DNA of 24,000 nucleotides from Chitinolyticbacter albus (GTDB lineage Bacteria; Pseudomonadota; Gammaproteobacteria; Burkholderiales; Chitinibacteraceae): NCBI RefSeq assembly GCF_024437655.1, contig NZ_JANBVF010000013.1, positions 127,548 to 151,547 of the forward strand, read 5' to 3'. Shown piece by piece: positions 21,941 to 24,000 of this stretch (position 1 is its first letter; each line of letters starts with the position of its first letter). The notes under the pieces were generated by a model. It saw only the letters and a program-made list of their open reading frames with translations, ran no database searches and was not told where the DNA came from. The position numbers and the translations under genes were made by a program.

Positions 21941-23761
21941 TCAAGTCAGCGCAAACCGACGACTGATGCTGTGTTGCGGGTAATCGGCATCGACCAGCGC
22001 CCACAGCACGGCCAGCGTCCAGTTGAGGCGGATGGCCGCGATCGTGGCCTCTTGTTCGCTGCTGGCGAAGTAGCCGAATGCGCCAGCCGGCGTTTGCTGG
22101 CTCAGCAAATACTCAACGGCGTCACGCAGGACCGGGTCTTTGGCGTGACCCAGTAGCACCAGCGAGCGGACCAGCTGCGCGGCATCGATAAGGCGATATT
22201 CCTTGCAACTGGCGATGAGTCCGCTGGCCAGTTGTGCGACGAGGCCCGCGGCGGGCGGGCCGCTCAAGCGCTCGGGATCGCCGCCGGTGAGCGCGAGCAG
22301 GCGCTGCGCGCAGGCAAGCGCTGATTCGTCTGTTTCGGCTGCCGCCGTGATCGCTGGCGCGGCTGTACGCGGCAGGTCGATCCAGCCTAAGCCCTGCAGA
22401 AAGGCACAAGCGGGCCAGGCCTGAGGATAGGCCTCGAGGTCCGCGTCGCCGATCTGCCCGGCCACCGCCGACAGCATGGCGTTCAATGCAACGCACTCGA
22501 TCTCATGAGCCTGGAACACCAGCGCGAGCAACAGGCAGGAATCGGCACCGATGTCCTGCCAGAGTTGCTGCGGCGCCTCTACCGCGTCGATGCGCCGGGC
22601 CAGCTGTTGCAGTGCTGGCTGTGCGATGCGCGGCTCGGGCTGGAGGTGTGCCGGCAAGTCGTGGCCGAGGGCGAGCCCGGCACCGGCACGCGCGGCCAGT
22701 GCCAGATCCTCGTGGTTAAGGTTGCCGCAAAGAAAAGCGAGCGCCGCGCGGCAAGGTGCCTCATCAGGCGCGGTGTCGGGGCGCGCTGTGCTTGCCTGTC
22801 TCTGCGGATAGTCGGCGTTCTGGGCGCGTTGGGCCATAGCGGCGGCCAACGCAGCGACGATGGTGGTGTGATAGGCCGTCTTCCAGCGTGTATAGGGCAG
22901 ACCATGCTCGGCTTCGCAGCGTGCTTCATCGATGATGCCGGCAGGTCCGTCAATGCGACCTTCCGGCTCCTGCTGCGTCGCCAGCCAGCGCCAGCCCGCC
23001 TCGATCTGGGGCGAAGTGGTGATGCCCAGGCAAGCCAGCGAGATGATCAGTTCGGCGACGAGGTCAGCGTTGCCAAGCTGAATGTAGTGCCGCAGCAGCG
23101 CCTCGATCCGCTGCGCGGCATCGGCGACATCGAACGGCATGCCCCAGTCGGCCTGCCGCAAGCCGAAATCGGTCATATAGAACAGTGCGTGAGTGATGGC
23201 ATAGACGTCGCTGTCGGAGAGTTCGACGAGGTTAGGGCGGCCAGCGAGCAGCGTGAAGCGAAAGGTCTGTGCGAACGAGGGCAGATCGTGGTCGAGCTCG
23301 GCCAGCGTGAGGAAATGCAGCAGGTCGAGTTGGCGGTAGGGAATGCGCTCAGCATTGAGTGCATGACGGGTGCGCAGGCTCTGCGCCAGCACGTGGCGGT
23401 AGCTGGGGTGGTCCCGCCCGCAGGCCTTCAAGGCGGCATAGGTCAGCCCGTAGAGCAGCAAGGCGGCATGGTCGCGCGCGGCCAGTTCGAAATAGGCGGG
23501 CTGGGTGGCGATGGCATCGATGTGCTCAAGGAGGGCATCGGTGTGTGCCGCTTGGCCGGCGGGGTCGAGCCGGCGCTGATAGGCCGCCAGCAGCGCCAGT
23601 TCCAGCAGCGCCTTGTGCGCGAACATGCGTTCCGACTGCGGTGCAGTCAGCGGCGAGAAACAATCGAGGGCGTCGGCAAGCCAGGAAAATGCTTGCGCGT
23701 GCAGGCGTGCGATGACAGCGGGGAGCGGTTCGCTTTCAGCAGCGGCAAAAGTGGCGGGCAT
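21941..23761 (-). CDS. Large helical protein of unknown function (possible alpha/alpha-toroid, QW-like repeat at the C-terminus)
   Basis: 606 aa from the ATG at 23761 (GAGGAG SD 6 nt upstream; the track start at 23917 is unlikely). It is Ala/Leu-rich and helical. The motifs are DVYAITHALFYMTDFG and the C-terminal LLSQQTPAGAFGYF, reminiscent of prenyltransferase/terpene-cyclase-type repeats. Function not assignable. Confidence 0.6.
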   Translation of the reverse strand: MPATFAAAESEPLPAVIARLHAQAFSWLADALDCFSPLTAPQSERMFAHKALLELALLAAYQRRLDPAGQAAHTDALLEHIDAIATQPAYFELAARDHAALLLYGLTYAALKACGRDHPSYRHVLAQSLRTRHALNAERIPYRQLDLLHFLTLAELDHDLPSFAQTFRFTLLAGRPNLVELSDSDVYAITHALFYMTDFGLRQADWGMPFDVADAAQRIEALLRHYIQLGNADLVAELIISLACLGITTSPQIEAGWRWLATQQEPEGRIDGPAGIIDEARCEAEHGLPYTRWKTAYHTTIVAALAAAMAQRAQNADYPQRQASTARPDTAPDEAPCRAALAFLCGNLNHEDLALAARAGAGLALGHDLPAHLQPEPRIAQPALQQLARRIDAVEAPQQLWQDIGADSCLLLALVFQAHEIECVALNAMLSAVAGQIGDADLEAYPQAWPACAFLQGLGWIDLPRTAAPAITAAAETDESALACAQRLLALTGGDPERLSGPPAAGLVAQLASGLIASCKEYRLIDAAQLVRSLVLLGHAKDPVLRDAVEYLLSQQTPAGAFGYFASSEQEATIAAIRLNWTLAVLWALVDADYPQHSISRRFALT

Positions 23762-23853
23762 GGACGTCTCCTCTAGGCGGGCGCTGCATGACGATCCTTG
23801 GCAAGGAGAGGCTGGTGGCGATGTCCGCACGGGGGCGGACATCGCCTTCCGGG

Positions 23854-24000
23854 TCATTCGCGGATCACTTCCTGCTCGATGGCACAGTCGGATACCACGA
23901 GCACATAGCGTTCCCACGCGAGCACATAACCGGCTACTTCTTCGAGCTTGCTGACTGCGCCGATGACGCGCTCGACCGGCATGGAAAGGTCGATCAGCTT
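23854..24000 (-). CDS. C-terminal fragment of an unidentified gene running off the right edge
   Basis: My minus-strand translation is ...KLIDLSMPVERVIGAVSKLEEVAGYVLAWERYVLVVSDCAIEQEVIRE*, with the stop at 23856..23854 and good GC3. There is too little sequence to name it. Confidence 0.45.
   Translation of the reverse strand, partial: KLIDLSMPVERVIGAVSKLEEVAGYVLAWERYVLVVSDCAIEQEVIRE

Noticed and set aside
1-24000. CRISPR arrays, IS elements or transposases, rRNA genes, and prophage structural genes.
   Set aside because: I saw no regularly spaced direct repeats with unique spacers, no transposase, integrase, capsid or tail-like translations, and no rRNA-like sequence. The only phage-like gene is the GH24 lysozyme embedded in the reb locus.

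Overview
This is a GC-rich, proteobacterial-looking chromosomal segment (betaproteobacterium-like). All calls come from reading the ORF translations and the DNA; no database search was possible.

Left third (1-6.8 kb), housekeeping genes:
- the end of a type II secretion operon (partial gspM, then gspL)
- tRNA-Leu(TAG) with its own sigma70-like promoter and terminator
- inorganic pyrophosphatase
- a small lipoprotein gene whose reading frame looks interrupted
- a DMT/EamA transporter
- an 891-aa Pat/PatZ-type protein acetyltransferase

6.8-8.5 kb: an AT-richer insert encoding two overlapping lipoproteins.

8.5-18.5 kb, all on the minus strand, is the part worth attention. It is an R-body (refractile body, RebB / killing-trait family) locus containing:
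- three tandem rebB paralogs, one short Reb paralog, and one divergent Reb-like protein with a Pro/Ala/Thr-rich N-terminus
- two small helical proteins
- a putative lysis module (permuted NlpC/P60-like papain-fold protein, a 117-aa unknown, a GH24 phage-type lysozyme)
- a paralogous pair of DUF2589-like proteins
- a Crp/Fnr-type regulator and an ECF sigma factor

Five transcription units in this locus are each preceded by the identical motif TTCACA-N15-CGT(T/C). I interpret it as the promoter recognised by the locus-encoded ECF sigma factor.

A small membrane protein, a type-2 PHA-depolymerase-like esterase and a Trp/Gln-rich protein follow the rebB genes. No terminator is visible between them.

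Right end: a hipBA toxin-antitoxin module with three AATCC-N12-GGATT operators spaced exactly 50 bp apart, a sterol-desaturase-family membrane protein, a 606-aa helical protein of unknown function, and a partial gene at the edge.

No CRISPR array, transposase, integrase or rRNA was seen.
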